A DNA stretch of 64,000 bases from assembly GCA_021844945.1 (NCBI GenBank), contig JAKBSJ010000003.1, positions 98,770 to 162,769 of the forward strand, read 5' to 3'. Made by a program: the position numbers and the translations under genes. The notes under the pieces were generated by a model. It made no database searches. It had not been told where the DNA came from and saw only the letters and a program-made list of their open reading frames with translations. Source of the stretch: Thermoplasmata archaeon. GTDB taxonomy: Archaea > Thermoplasmatota > Thermoplasmata > Lutacidiplasmatales > UBA184. Positions 18,023-28,940 of the stretch are shown one piece after another (position 1 is the first letter of the stretch; every line of letters begins with the position of its first letter).

Positions 18023-19101
18023 TGCGCTGGGGGGAGCGGTACCGCATCTCGATCTTCGGATCGAGCCACGGGCCGGAGGTCGGGGTCGAGATCGAAGGAG
18101 TACCCGAGGGCCGACCGATCGACGTGAGCGAGATCCAGGGCGAGCTCGACCGGCGACGGCCGATCGGACGACGTCTCGCGACCAAGCGTCAGGAGGAGGA
18201 CCGCCTGGTAGTGGATCGGGGGATCGTCCATGGCCGGTCGCGAGGGACCTTCCGGGCCCACGTCGCCAACGAAGACGTGCGGCGGGAGCCCTACGACCGA
18301 CTCCGAGCGACTCCCCGTCCGGGGCACGCCGACTATCCGGCGCGCGTACGATACGGCCCCGAGGCGGACCTGTCCGGCGGCGGCATCTTCTCCGGTCGCA
18401 TGACCGTGGGGCTCGTCATCGCCGGCGCAATCGGTCGCCAGCTTCTCCGGCCGTTGGGGATGGAAACCGTCGGGTTCACCCGAGCGATCGGGCCGGTGGA
18501 AGCGCTCGTCCCGGAAGAGCTGTCCCTCGCTGAGCTGCGGGCCCGGGCCGCGTCGAACGAGGTCGCGTGCCCCGTCCCCGAGACAGCGATGGCCATGGAA
18601 GAGGCGATCGCCGCCGCGCGCCGCGACGGCGACAGCGTGGGGGGAGTGGTCGAGGTGCGGATCGCCGGCACGCCCGTGGGTCTGGGCGAGCCGTTCTTCG
18701 ATTCGATCGAAAGCGCGATCGCCCATCTCGCGTTCTCGGTGCCGGCCGTCAAGGGCATCGAGTTCGGTGCCGGTTTCTCGGGCGCGCGCATGCGCGGCAG
18801 CGCTCACAACGATCCGTTCGCGTGGAAGGACGGCCGAGTGGTAACTCTCACCAACCACGCCGGAGGGATCCTGGGGGGCCTGGCAACGGGCATGCCGCTC
18901 GTCTACCGGGTCGCCGTCAAGCCCACCAGCTCCATCGCCCGGCCTCAGCGCACCGTGGACCTCGAGCGTCGCGTGGACACGGAGATCATCGTCACCGGGC
19001 GCCACGACCCGTGCATCGTGCCTCGCGCCGTCGTCGTCCTCGAGAGCGTAGGAGCGATCGCTCTCACGGACCTGGCCCTCGCGGGAGGATTCCTGCGATG
19101 A
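18019..19101 (+). CDS. aroC: Chorismate synthase
   Basis: FGSSHGPEVGVEIEGVP, RPGHADY, GRHDPCIVPRA. Start is GTG 18019 or ATG 18022, and both overlap the aroA stop. Confidence 0.93.
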   Translation: MMRWGERYRISIFGSSHGPEVGVEIEGVPEGRPIDVSEIQGELDRRRPIGRRLATKRQEEDRLVVDRGIVHGRSRGTFRAHVANEDVRREPYDRLRATPRPGHADYPARVRYGPEADLSGGGIFSGRMTVGLVIAGAIGRQLLRPLGMETVGFTRAIGPVEALVPEELSLAELRARAASNEVACPVPETAMAMEEAIAAARRDGDSVGGVVEVRIAGTPVGLGEPFFDSIESAIAHLAFSVPAVKGIEFGAGFSGARMRGSAHNDPFAWKDGRVVTLTNHAGGILGGLATGMPLVYRVAVKPTSSIARPQRTVDLERRVDTEIIVTGRHDPCIVPRAVVVLESVGAIALTDLALAGGFLR

Positions 19102-20183
19102 CCGACGCGCCACGGCGCTACCGCTGCGCGGTCCTCGGGGCGAGCGGTTACATCGGCCAGCACTTCGTTCGGCTGCTCGCCGGCCATCCGACCTTCGAGC
19201 TCACCACGCTCGTCGGATCCGATCGGACCCACGGGCAGCCGCTGTCGGAGCTCTGGCAGCTCCCCGAAGAGGCTCCGCCCCGGGCAGCCGACCTTCGGCT
19301 CGAATCGCTCGGGCCCGCCGAGATCGCGCATCGAGGGATCGAGGTCGTATTCAGCGGGCTCCCGTCCGGGAATGCGGGACCGATCGAGTCCGAGCTCTCC
19401 CGTAGGGGAGTGGACGTCTTCACGAACGCTTCGGACCACCGGATGGATCCCGACGTTCCGCTACTCGTTCCGGAGGTCAATGCGGACCACCTCGACGCCC
19501 TCCTCCGCCGCTCTCGTGGCCGACGAGGAGCGATCGTTGCGGACCCGAACTGCAGCGCGGCCGGTCTCGTCGTCGCGCTCCGCCCGGTCTGGGACCTCCT
19601 GCGGCCCCGGGCGGTTCACGTCACGACCTACCAGGCGCTCAGCGGCGCGGGCCTACCGGGCGTCGCCTCACTCTCGATCACCGATAACGTGGTCCCCTTC
19701 ATCGCGCGAGAGGAGGAGAAGGTTGCCCAAGAGTCCCAGCGGATGCTCGGCTCCATCTCCCGAGCGTCGATCGAACCCAGCTCGACCCCGTTCATCGTCC
19801 AATGCGCGAGGGTAGCGGTCCGTGACGGTCACCTCGAAGCGATCACGATCGACGCCCGTCGCCGACCCTCGCTCTCCTCGATCGCGAGGGCCTTCCGGAC
19901 CTTCGATCCGCTGGTAGGGCACGACCTCCCCAGCGCGCCGCATCCGGCCGTGATCCTTCGGACCGAGCCGGATCGGCCCCAGCCATTACGCGACCGCTGG
20001 GCCGGTGCTCCCGAGCGCGCGCGCGGCATGGCCGTGAGCGTCGGACGGATCCGTTGGGAGGCGCCCTTCCTCCGCTTCTTCGCCTTATCGCACAACGCGA
20101 TCCGGGGCGGCGCCGGAGGTTCGGTCTTGAACGCCGAACTCGCGGCGGAGCGTGGCTATGTAGGACGGGGGCGAGCGAAGTGA
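19098..20183 (+). CDS. asd: Aspartate-semialdehyde dehydrogenase
   Basis: VLGASGYIGQ Rossmann motif and the active-site Cys context ADPNCSAAG. ATGA overlap with aroC. Confidence 0.9.
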   Translation: MTDAPRRYRCAVLGASGYIGQHFVRLLAGHPTFELTTLVGSDRTHGQPLSELWQLPEEAPPRAADLRLESLGPAEIAHRGIEVVFSGLPSGNAGPIESELSRRGVDVFTNASDHRMDPDVPLLVPEVNADHLDALLRRSRGRRGAIVADPNCSAAGLVVALRPVWDLLRPRAVHVTTYQALSGAGLPGVASLSITDNVVPFIAREEEKVAQESQRMLGSISRASIEPSSTPFIVQCARVAVRDGHLEAITIDARRRPSLSSIARAFRTFDPLVGHDLPSAPHPAVILRTEPDRPQPLRDRWAGAPERARGMAVSVGRIRWEAPFLRFFALSHNAIRGGAGGSVLNAELAAERGYVGRGRAK

Positions 20184-21499
20184 AACGGGCTCTCGCTCCG
20201 TACGTGGTGAAGTTCGGGGGCGCTTCGGTCGATGCGCCGGCGCGTATCGTCGCCCGCGTCCGGGCGCTGCGGACTCGCGGACAGGGGGTCGTGGTCGTCG
20301 CCTCGGCGCGCGCCGGTGTGACGGACCTCCTGAAGTCCGTCCTCGAGTCTCCGGGCGACCGCGCGGGCCATGCTCGTGCCCTTGCCGCCATCGCCCGGCT
20401 GCATCCCGACCTCCCCAACTCGGGCCGGCGGCACTTGGAGCGCCTCGCTCGCCTCGTACGCTCGGTCGAGGAGTTGGGGGCCGCGGACCCGGCCCTCGCC
20501 GACCGGCTCCTGAGCCAGGGAGAACGGCTCGCGGTCGCCGGGCTCGCCTCACACCTTACCGAGCACGGGATCCCCGCCACCGCCGTCGAGGCGGACCGGC
20601 TGGGGCTTCTCACGGACGATCACTACGGTCGGGCGACCGTTCTCATCGACCGCTCGCGCGCCGCGGTCCGGATCGGGCTCTTCGGCATCCTGGCCGAGGA
20701 CCAAGTGCCGGTCGTCACCGGCTACTTCGGCCGGAGCCTGGAGGGCCACGTGGCGACACTGGGTCGGGGCGGTTCGGACTACTCGGCCACGGTGATCGGC
20801 GCGATCCTCGGGGCGCGGCGGGTCGAGTTGATCAAACGGGAGGTCTCGGTCCTGAGCGCCGACCCCCGCCTGGTCCCGCACGCACGTCCCATCTCGCGGC
20901 TCTCCTACGAAGAAGCCGAGGAGCTCGCACAGTTCGGTGCGAAAGTGCTTCATCCGTTGACGGTGGAGCCGGCGCGGATGGCGGATCTCGAGATCGTCGT
21001 TCGATCCCTCGAGGACCCGAGAGTGGCGACGACGATCGGACCCTCGCACGGCCCGGACGGGATGCGGGCGGTGACTCTACTATCGCCGTTGCGTCTCGTA
21101 CGGATCCGGGTCCCGGGGGGACGCGGGCGGCCCGGCATCGTCGCGGATGTGAGCGAACGCCTGAGCGAGCACGGGATCAACATCGTGACCCTGTTCACTT
21201 CCTCGACCAGCCTGAGCCTCGTCCTCGAACGTGGTCGCGGCCGCCGCGCGCGCGAGGTCCTCGGGCCGATCTTCCGAGCCGGCCCGGCAAAGCTCGAGGG
21301 CCCGCTCCCGGTCTCGCTCGTCACCGCGATCGGCGACGGGGTGCTGGACGACCTCGGCAAGATACCGGCTCCGATCCTCGCTCGGGCCGAGGGCCTGAGC
21401 GCCACTCCGCGATCGATCTCGATGGCCGTCCCAATCTCCCGGGGCCATGCCGTTGTTCGAGCGTTCCACCGAGCGCTCGTGGAGTCATCCTCCCGATGA
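20180..21499 (+). CDS. lysC: Aspartate kinase with C-terminal ACT domains
   Basis: VVKFGGASV, TLGRGGSDYSA and two ACT-like repeats at the C-terminus. GTG 20180 overlaps the asd stop (GTGA). Confidence 0.9.
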   Translation: MKRALAPYVVKFGGASVDAPARIVARVRALRTRGQGVVVVASARAGVTDLLKSVLESPGDRAGHARALAAIARLHPDLPNSGRRHLERLARLVRSVEELGAADPALADRLLSQGERLAVAGLASHLTEHGIPATAVEADRLGLLTDDHYGRATVLIDRSRAAVRIGLFGILAEDQVPVVTGYFGRSLEGHVATLGRGGSDYSATVIGAILGARRVELIKREVSVLSADPRLVPHARPISRLSYEEAEELAQFGAKVLHPLTVEPARMADLEIVVRSLEDPRVATTIGPSHGPDGMRAVTLLSPLRLVRIRVPGGRGRPGIVADVSERLSEHGINIVTLFTSSTSLSLVLERGRGRRAREVLGPIFRAGPAKLEGPLPVSLVTAIGDGVLDDLGKIPAPILARAEGLSATPRSISMAVPISRGHAVVRAFHRALVESSSR

Positions 21500-22701
21500 C
21501 CGACGCCTGGGAAGAGTTCTGCCGGAAAGCGGACGATCGATCTGTGGCCGGATACGTGGAGCGCGGGGATGCGCCGGGCGCCCCCGGCCGCTGGGCCGCG
21601 TCGTTCGTCGATGCGTCGGACCGATTTCGGCTCTCGCCGAGCGATACGGTGGAAGAGCTCGAGTCCCGGACCCGTCGGTCCCTGCGGGGCGATCCCCATC
21701 GCGCGCTCGTCGGGTATGCCGGCTTCGACGCGGTGTCCCTATGGGAGCCCCTGCTGCGCGCGGTTCCGTCCGGCTCACCGTTCCCGCTCGGCGAATTCGC
21801 CGTTGTCGACCGGTTGCGCTGGCGCCGAACTGGGCTCCCTCGGCAGCCCGCACGGCTTTGGCGGTCGTCGTCGGGCGAGCCCGTTACGCCCCGAGCCGAG
21901 ACCTTGCCTTCCCGCGCCTACCAACGATCGGTGCGGCGCCTGCACCGCGCGATCGGCAACGGGGATGCCTTCCAGGTCGTACTCGCGACTCGGCGACGCT
22001 TCGGCCGGCCGGACGATCTGCTCGAGCGTATCGGGCGACTGCGGGCCTTCGAGCGATTCGCCTACTTCTACTACCTTCGCTTCGATAATCGGGAGATCGT
22101 CGGCGCCAGCCCGGAGTCCGTGGTCGAGCTCCACCCCCCGATCGCGACCGTCCACCCGATCGCCGGCACGCTCCCTCGGGCCCCACGTCCCGGTCGACGC
22201 GCGCTCTCCCAGGACCCCAAGGAGCTGGCCGAGCACCGGATGCTCGTCGATCTCGCCCGCAACGACCTCGGACGGATCTCCGAGCCGGGGTCGGTCCGGG
22301 TCGCCTGGCGCGAGCGCGGCTATCGCTTCGCACGTCTCCAGCACCTGGTGAGCCGAGTCGACGGCCGCGTCGTGTGCGGCACCGGACCGTGGGCGGCCCT
22401 GGCTGCGACGTTCCCGGCGGGAACGGTCAGCGGCGCACCGAAGATCCGCGCAACGCAGCTGATCCGCCGGGAGGAAGCGACCTGGAGGGGCCCCTACGCG
22501 GGGACCGTCGGCCTGCTCACCGGCGACGGGGTCGCCGCTTGGGCCCTTGCGATCCGTACGGCGTTCACGGCCGGATCCGATCTCTACACTGCCGCGGGCG
22601 CGGGAATCGTCTGGGATTCCCAACCCGAGCGCGAGTACGACGAGGTCCGCGTGAAGCTCGGCATGGTCGAAGCTTCATTGGTCGGCCGGACGGGGCCATG
22701 A
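21496..22701 (+). CDS. trpE: Anthranilate synthase component I
   Basis: Chorismate-binding core (HPIAGTLPR, EHRMLVDLARNDLGR, GTVSGAPKIRA). ATGA overlap with lysC. Confidence 0.92.
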   Translation: MTDAWEEFCRKADDRSVAGYVERGDAPGAPGRWAASFVDASDRFRLSPSDTVEELESRTRRSLRGDPHRALVGYAGFDAVSLWEPLLRAVPSGSPFPLGEFAVVDRLRWRRTGLPRQPARLWRSSSGEPVTPRAETLPSRAYQRSVRRLHRAIGNGDAFQVVLATRRRFGRPDDLLERIGRLRAFERFAYFYYLRFDNREIVGASPESVVELHPPIATVHPIAGTLPRAPRPGRRALSQDPKELAEHRMLVDLARNDLGRISEPGSVRVAWRERGYRFARLQHLVSRVDGRVVCGTGPWAALAATFPAGTVSGAPKIRATQLIRREEATWRGPYAGTVGLLTGDGVAAWALAIRTAFTAGSDLYTAAGAGIVWDSQPEREYDEVRVKLGMVEASLVGRTGP

Positions 22702-23276
22702 AGGTGGTTCTCGTGGACCACGAGGACTCGTTCGTCTACAATCTTGCGCAGGCCCTGGGGGCCCAGGGCGCCGACGTCGACACCGTCCGTTACACGGTCC
22801 CGTTCCGCGAGGTGGAGCGACGCGACGCCGATGGGTTCGTCCTCTCTCCGGGTCCGGGCCATCCCCGGGATCGACGGGTCACCGGCCTCGCGCGGAGAAT
22901 CCTGGCGACGTGGGGCGAGGAGCGGCCGGTCCTCGGGGTCTGCCTGGGCCATCAGATCATCGGAGACGTCTATGGGGGTCGGGTGATCCGCGGCACCCCC
23001 GTGCACGGCCGGACCGCGCCGGTGTTCCACGAGCGGGACCCGCTCTACGAAGGCGTCCCCAGCCCGTTCGCGGCGGCCCGATACCACTCGTTGGTCGTGG
23101 ACCGCCGCTCCCTCCCTCCGGATCTCGTTCGAACGGCCTCGACGCGGGACGGAACGGTGATGGGCCTGCGTCACCGCCACCGACCGGTGAGCGGGGTCCA
23201 GTTCCACCCCGAGTCCTTCCTTACCCAAGAGGGGTCCACCTTGCTCGCGAACTTCCTCAAGGAGGTCCGCGGATGA
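22698..23276 (+). CDS. trpG: Anthranilate synthase component II (glutamine amidotransferase)
   Basis: GATase-1 triad context (GVCLGHQ, FHPES). ATGA overlap with trpE. Confidence 0.93.
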   Translation: MKVVLVDHEDSFVYNLAQALGAQGADVDTVRYTVPFREVERRDADGFVLSPGPGHPRDRRVTGLARRILATWGEERPVLGVCLGHQIIGDVYGGRVIRGTPVHGRTAPVFHERDPLYEGVPSPFAAARYHSLVVDRRSLPPDLVRTASTRDGTVMGLRHRHRPVSGVQFHPESFLTQEGSTLLANFLKEVRG

Positions 23277-24322
23277 GCACGGAGCTTCTCGCACGACTCG
23301 TCCGGGGCGAGCCACTGTCTCGCGCCGACGTGCGCCAAGTCCTCGACGTTCTCTGCGATCCGGCGGAGCCGGACGCTCGCAAGGCCGCGCTCCTCGCGGC
23401 GTGGGCGGCCAAGGGAGAGACCACCGAAGAGCTCGCGTCGTTCGCGATCGCACTGCGCGAGAGAGCGGTTCCCTTCCCCGGACCTCGCGCGCATCGCGCC
23501 GTCGACCTCTGCGGCTCGGGAGGAGCGCCTCGACCATCGTTCAACATCGGCACGGTGAGCACGTTCGTGATCCGGGCGGCGGGAGTCCCGGTGGCGAAGC
23601 ATGGGAACCGGAGCCTGCGGGGGAAAGTGGGCGGATGGGCGGGTTCGAGCGACCTCGTGGAGGCGCTGGGCCTTCCCGCGCTCGAGTCCCGCACGTTCGC
23701 GCGGGCCGCGTTCGACCGAGAGCGGATTACGTTCCTTCATGCCCCGCTCTATCACGCGGGGACCCGGGCGGTCGCTTCCGTTCGTGCACAGCTCGGCATC
23801 CGCACGATCTTCAACCTGATCGGACCGCTCACCAACCCTGCGTGCGTCCCGTTCCAGATCGTGGGCTGCCCGGACCTTCCGACTGCCGCCCGTCTCGCCC
23901 CGGTCCTCGCCCGGATGGGCGTGCGGCGCGGCCTCACCGTCTCGTCCCGGGACGGGACCGATGAGTTCTCCTCCCGCGCGATATCCTTCACCTACACGAT
24001 TGGGAGAGATTCGGCGCGTCGTAGGAGTGTCGACCCGCGTCAATGGTTGCGCCTCGAGGATCGCCGAGGCTCGCTGGACGCACTGCCCTCGGCCGCCGCG
24101 GCCCGGGAGACCGAACGGATCCTCGCCGGAGGCGCCGGCGCCCGTCGCGGCAGCGTGCTCCTCACGAGCGGGGCGGCCCTGTGGGTGCGGGGGGACGCGC
24201 CGAGCCTGCGCGCGGGGATCGACCGCGCGCAGGAGGCCCTCGACTCCGGCGCCGCCGAGGAAGTCCTCGCCCGGCTCCGTGACCTCGCGGCCTCGAGGTC
24301 CTGGCCGAAGGAGGGAACGTGA
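23273..24322 (+). CDS. trpD: Anthranilate phosphoribosyltransferase
   Basis: VDLCGSGG, VAKHGNRS and the NLIGPLTNP motif. ATGA overlap with trpG. Confidence 0.93.
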   Translation: MSTELLARLVRGEPLSRADVRQVLDVLCDPAEPDARKAALLAAWAAKGETTEELASFAIALRERAVPFPGPRAHRAVDLCGSGGAPRPSFNIGTVSTFVIRAAGVPVAKHGNRSLRGKVGGWAGSSDLVEALGLPALESRTFARAAFDRERITFLHAPLYHAGTRAVASVRAQLGIRTIFNLIGPLTNPACVPFQIVGCPDLPTAARLAPVLARMGVRRGLTVSSRDGTDEFSSRAISFTYTIGRDSARRRSVDPRQWLRLEDRRGSLDALPSAAAARETERILAGGAGARRGSVLLTSGAALWVRGDAPSLRAGIDRAQEALDSGAAEEVLARLRDLAASRSWPKEGT

Positions 24323-25122
24323 CGTTCCTGGCTTCGATCCTCGATGCGGTGCGCCAGGAAGTGGGTTCTCCGACGTACCTTCGCGGCCTGCCGGAACGCG
24401 CGGTGTTTCCCCCCGCGTCGTTGCGAGAACGGCTCGCCGGCGCTCCGCACCGCTGGGCGGTTATGGTGGAGTACAAGCGTCGATCTCCCGGCGCGCGCGC
24501 TCCGAACCTCCCGGAGCGAACGGTCGACGAGTTCGCCCGGCTCGCCTCCCAGGGCGGTGCGGCGGCCCTCTCGTGCCTCGCGACCCGTCCGGGGTTCGAC
24601 GGATCGGTCCTCGACGTCCACGCCCTGGTCCGATCGACCCGCCTGCCGGTGCTGTTCAAGGACTTCGTGATCGACGAGCGCCAGATCGAGGCCGCATCGC
24701 GCGCGGGGGCGAGCGCGGTGCTCCTCATCGCACGCCTCGAGACGGAAGAACGGCTCGATCGGCCGCTCGCCGAACTTGCCGATGCCGCCCATCGCTCCGG
24801 GCTCGAAGTCCTCCTCGAGTTCCATGCCCCGGAAGAGCTCAAGGTGGCCGGTCGCGTGGACGCCGACATGTACGGAGTGAACCTGCGCGATCTCGACGGG
24901 CTCGGCTTCGAGCCGGAGGTCGTCGCTCGGACCGTACGGGAGGCCCCGCGAGGACGGCCTCTGCTGGGCCTCAGCGGTGTGGAGCGGGCAAGCGACGCGC
25001 GGGCCTGGCGAGCGCGCGGGGTGGATGGAATCCTCGTGGGGAGCGGCTTTGCCCGGGCCGACGATCCGGCGGCGTTCCTGCGCGAGATCGTTCGAGTGGG
25101 TGAGGATACCGGATCCGTATGA
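24319..25122 (+). CDS. trpC: Indole-3-glycerol phosphate synthase
   Basis: VEYKRRSPG, VLFKDFVID, GVNLRDL. GTGA overlap with trpD. Confidence 0.92.
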   Translation: MTFLASILDAVRQEVGSPTYLRGLPERAVFPPASLRERLAGAPHRWAVMVEYKRRSPGARAPNLPERTVDEFARLASQGGAAALSCLATRPGFDGSVLDVHALVRSTRLPVLFKDFVIDERQIEAASRAGASAVLLIARLETEERLDRPLAELADAAHRSGLEVLLEFHAPEELKVAGRVDADMYGVNLRDLDGLGFEPEVVARTVREAPRGRPLLGLSGVERASDARAWRARGVDGILVGSGFARADDPAAFLREIVRVGEDTGSV

Positions 25123-25772
25123 GGAAGACCTTCGTCAAATTCTGCGGCATCACGGACCCGACCACGCTCACCCTTGCGCCGCCGGGCGGCGCTGTCGGAT
25201 TCGTGGTCGACGTTCCCTCGTCTCCGCGGAGCGTCAGTTACGAGCGCGCGCAGGCGCTGGCGGAGGACGTGCCGTCGGAGACCGAGGTGTGGGCCGTGGT
25301 CGTCCACCCATCGGTGGAGAGCGTCCACCGCCTGTTCGATGAGGTCGGCGTAGACTGGATCCAGGTCCACGGAAGCGTACCCGAAGGACTCGACCCCATC
25401 GAACGGCATCGCCTCGTACCGTCGATGGCGATCCTTCCCGGAGGATCGGAGGTGCCGCCGCCACCCCTACCCGCGGACACCGAGATCCGACGCCTGCACC
25501 TCGATGTGGCGGGTGCCTCCTCTCCCGGAGGAACCGGGCAGGTCCCGAGCTGGTCGGCCTGCGCCTCGGTCGTCGAGCGGATGGCCGGTTGCAAGGTCCT
25601 GCTGGGCGGAGGACTGAACGCGGACAACGTGGCGGAGGCCCTCTCCACCGTCCGACCGTGGGGTGTCGATGTTTCGTCGGGCATCGAGTCGGCTCCGGGG
25701 GTCAAGGACCCCGAGCGGATGCGCCGCTTTCTGGAAGCCGTGGACAGCTGGGAGTCCTCGAGCCATGCCTAG
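25119..25772 (+). CDS. trpF: Phosphoribosylanthranilate isomerase
   Basis: [31 protein letters not shown] overlap with trpC. Confidence 0.9.
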   Translation: MRKTFVKFCGITDPTTLTLAPPGGAVGFVVDVPSSPRSVSYERAQALAEDVPSETEVWAVVVHPSVESVHRLFDEVGVDWIQVHGSVPEGLDPIERHRLVPSMAILPGGSEVPPPPLPADTEIRRLHLDVAGASSPGGTGQVPSWSACASVVERMAGCKVLLGGGLNADNVAEALSTVRPWGVDVSSGIESAPGVKDPERMRRFLEAVDSWESSSHA

Positions 25773-26928
25773 CCGCTACGGCCCCTACGGCGGCGCCTTC
25801 GTTCCCGAGACACTGGTCCCGGCGCTCGAAGAGCTGGAACGGACCTGGAAGGCGGCGCGGAGGGACGCAGGGTTCCGTCGTGAGCTCTCTCGCTACTCCC
25901 GGTCCCTCGGGGGCCGACCGACGCCGCTCTACTTCGCCGAGCGCCTGAGCCGAAGGGCCGGAGGCGCCCAGATCTGGCTGAAACGCGAGGACCTCGTCCA
26001 CGGCGGAGCGCACAAGTTCAACAACGCGCTCGGCCAGGGACTGCTCGCGCGCCGCATGGGCAAGCCCCGGCTGATCGCGGAGACCGGTGCCGGCCAGCAC
26101 GGCGTCGCGACCGCGATGATCGGCGCCGCGCTGGGTCTGCGGACGGAGATCTACATGGGCGAGGTCGACATGGAGCGCCAGCGACCGAACGTTCTGCGGA
26201 TGCGATTGCTCGGCGCCGAAGTGCACCCGGTGACGAGCGGCCAGCGAACCCTCAAGGACGCGATCAACGCGGCGCTGCGCGATTGGATTTCCAACGTCCG
26301 CACCACGCACTACCTGCTTGGCAGCGCAGTCGGCCCCCACCCGTTCCCGGCGATCGTCGCCGACTTTCAAAGCGTGATCGGCCGTGAGATTGCCCGCGAG
26401 GCGGCCTGCCTTTGGGGTCGCCCGCCGGACCTGGCGGTCGCCTGCGTCGGGGGCGGCTCGAATGCGATCGGCACGTTCCATCCGCTCTTGCGGACCCGAA
26501 CCGAGCTGCTCGGTGTCGAGGCCGGCGGACCCCGGGGCCACCCGACCGGCGCGGCATCCCTCGCGAGGGGCCGACCCGGCATCCTCCACGGCACCTACTC
26601 CTACGTCCTTCAGGACCGGGACGGAGAGATCCGTGACACCGCGAGCATCTCGGCGGGCCTCGACTACGCCGGCGTCGGCCCGGAGCACGCCTTCCTCAAG
26701 GACTCCGGACGCGCCCGCTACGTCGCGGTCCACGACGAGGACGCGCTGCGCGCATTTCGCTGGCTTTCGGAGGACGAGGGGATCATCCCGGCGCTCGAGC
26801 CCTCGCACGCGATCTTCGCCGCCGTCCGGGAAGCGCGCCGCCGTCCGGCGTCGCACCGCATCGTCGTGACCCTCTCCGGGCGCGGCGACAAGGACCTCGA
26901 GGTGGTCGGTCGTGCAGTCGGGGCCTGA
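25765..26928 (+). CDS. trpB: Tryptophan synthase beta chain
   Basis: [20 protein letters not shown] (PLP Lys), [19 protein letters not shown] 25765 overlaps trpF by 8 nt. Confidence 0.95.
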   Translation: MPSRYGPYGGAFVPETLVPALEELERTWKAARRDAGFRRELSRYSRSLGGRPTPLYFAERLSRRAGGAQIWLKREDLVHGGAHKFNNALGQGLLARRMGKPRLIAETGAGQHGVATAMIGAALGLRTEIYMGEVDMERQRPNVLRMRLLGAEVHPVTSGQRTLKDAINAALRDWISNVRTTHYLLGSAVGPHPFPAIVADFQSVIGREIAREAACLWGRPPDLAVACVGGGSNAIGTFHPLLRTRTELLGVEAGGPRGHPTGAASLARGRPGILHGTYSYVLQDRDGEIRDTASISAGLDYAGVGPEHAFLKDSGRARYVAVHDEDALRAFRWLSEDEGIIPALEPSHAIFAAVREARRRPASHRIVVTLSGRGDKDLEVVGRAVGA

Positions 26929-27700
26929 TCCTACTCTCGGCGGCCGGCGGCGCGCGCTGGTGGCCTACTACATGGTCGATCGCGCTCGGAAGGGCCGGTA
27001 CACGTCGCTGGCAATCACGGCGCGCGACGCCGGTGCGACCCATCTCGAGCTGGGCTTTCCGTTCTCGGACCCCATCGCCGACGGCCCCATCCTCCAGGAG
27101 GCGGCGGACCGTGCACTGCGACATGGGACCCACTGGGACGATCTGCGGTCGGCAGTCCGTGATACGTCAACGGTCCTCCCGACGATCGTGATGAGCTACG
27201 CGAACCCCTTGTGGACGCGCGGCCTCGCCCGTTCGCTCGCGAACCTTAAGGAAGCGGGAGCGGCGGGGCTCATCGTGCCGGATCTCTCGCTCGAGGAGTC
27301 CCCGCCGTGGCGACGGGCCGCCCGGCGCGCCGGGCTCGACCTCACCCTGCTCGCGGCCCCGGGCTCACCGCTCGCCCGGATCGATGCGCTCGCCCGGGCG
27401 AGTCGCGGTTTCCTCTATCTCGTTTCGCGGTACGGAACGACCGGCGGCGGAGAGATCTCCCGGTCCGCGGATCTGGCCCCACTGGTCCGCTCGGCCCATG
27501 CGGCGGCTCCCGAGCTCCCCGTCTACGTAGGGTTCGGGATCCGCGATCGCCGGACGGCCCTGCGCGCGATGGCGAGCGGGGCGGACGGCGTCATCGTCGC
27601 GAGCGCGCTCGAGTCGGCGCTCGCCCGCCGCCCTTCGACGGCGACCGTCCCACGCGTGCTAGGACCCATCGCTTCGGCCGTGCGTACCGGCGGAACCTGA
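26912..27700 (+). CDS. trpA: Tryptophan synthase alpha chain
   Basis: [18 protein letters not shown] and VGFGI motifs. GTG 26912 overlaps trpB by 17 nt. Confidence 0.9.
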   Translation: MQSGPDPTLGGRRRALVAYYMVDRARKGRYTSLAITARDAGATHLELGFPFSDPIADGPILQEAADRALRHGTHWDDLRSAVRDTSTVLPTIVMSYANPLWTRGLARSLANLKEAGAAGLIVPDLSLEESPPWRRAARRAGLDLTLLAAPGSPLARIDALARASRGFLYLVSRYGTTGGGEISRSADLAPLVRSAHAAAPELPVYVGFGIRDRRTALRAMASGADGVIVASALESALARRPSTATVPRVLGPIASAVRTGGT

Positions 27701-27743
27701 GGCGGCGCGGTCCGTTATATCAACGGGCGCTCTCGCGCGGGAG

Positions 27744-28940
27744 ATGCCGTCCCGGCGGGAGCCACCGTTGGGGGCCGCGCGACGTCTGCTGCCTCGCATG
27801 CGAGCATGGCGCGAGGCCTTCCATCGCGAGCCCGAGCTATCGTACCACGAGAAGGCGACGCGGGAGAAGGTCACCGCCGCACTCGACGAGCTAGGGATCC
27901 CGTACCGCACGTACTCCGGATTCTACGGGGTGCTGGCCCTCCTCGGGGAAGGGCGACCCGGACCGGTGGTCGCGTTGCGCGCGGACATGGATGCCCTGCC
28001 GGTCACGGAGGCAACGGGACTCCCCTACCGTTCTCGGGTCGAGGGAAAGATGCACGCCTGCGGCCACGACGTGCACATGGCGGCCCTGCTCGGCGCCGGA
28101 GCGATCCTCGCCGAACGGCGACGCTCCCTCGCCGGGCCGGTGAAGCTGATATTCCAGCCCGCCGAGGAAGACGGTCGGGAGGGGGGAGCCCTGCCGTTCC
28201 TGAGACGGGGTTGCCTCCGGGACCCGAAGGTCGATCATATCGTGGGCCAGCACGTCGACCCCGCGGTCCCGGCCGGCGTGGTCGGCCTGAAACCGGGGGC
28301 ATGCATGGCCGCCGCCGACACGGTCCGGATCGTCGTCCACGGACACGGGGGCCACGCCTCGTCTCCGCACCAGGGACCCGATGCCGTGCTGATCGCGGCC
28401 GAGATCGTCGAGGGCCTCCAAGCGCTCGTCAGCCGGGTCCGGAACCCCGTCGATCCCGTCGTCGTGAGCGTCGGCTCGATCCATGGCGGTACGCGACACA
28501 ATATCCTACCGGCAGAAGTGACGCTCGAAGGAACGGTGCGCACGTTCCGCCCCGCGACTCGGGACCTGATGGAACGCGCACTGCACCGGCGCGTTCGCGC
28601 GATCGCCGAGAGCTTGGGCGCACGCGCGTCGATCTCCTACGAGCGGGGGTACCCCACCCTGTGGAACCCGCCCGCCGAAACGCTCCGGATCGAGCAGGGG
28701 CTCATCGCGGCCCTGGGACAAGCTCGGGTCCGAGAGCTAGAGTTCCCCATCCTGGGTGCCGAGGATTTCGCGCGATACCTCGAGCGGGTTCCGGGAACCT
28801 TCATGCGGCTAGGGGCGGCGACGCGAGGCACGCTCGCGTCTCTGCATAGCGCGTCGTTCGCCCCGCCCGAGGAGTCGCTGCAGGTCGGAGCGGCCGCGTT
28901 GGTCGCGGCCACGGATGTGCTGCAGCGGTCGAGGGCATGA
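27744..28940 (+). CDS. M20 family amidohydrolase (N-acyl-amino acid amidohydrolase type)
   Basis: RADMDALP and HACGHDVH metal-binding motifs. 398 aa. Confidence 0.85.
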   Translation: MPSRREPPLGAARRLLPRMRAWREAFHREPELSYHEKATREKVTAALDELGIPYRTYSGFYGVLALLGEGRPGPVVALRADMDALPVTEATGLPYRSRVEGKMHACGHDVHMAALLGAGAILAERRRSLAGPVKLIFQPAEEDGREGGALPFLRRGCLRDPKVDHIVGQHVDPAVPAGVVGLKPGACMAAADTVRIVVHGHGGHASSPHQGPDAVLIAAEIVEGLQALVSRVRNPVDPVVVSVGSIHGGTRHNILPAEVTLEGTVRTFRPATRDLMERALHRRVRAIAESLGARASISYERGYPTLWNPPAETLRIEQGLIAALGQARVRELEFPILGAEDFARYLERVPGTFMRLGAATRGTLASLHSASFAPPEESLQVGAAALVAATDVLQRSRA

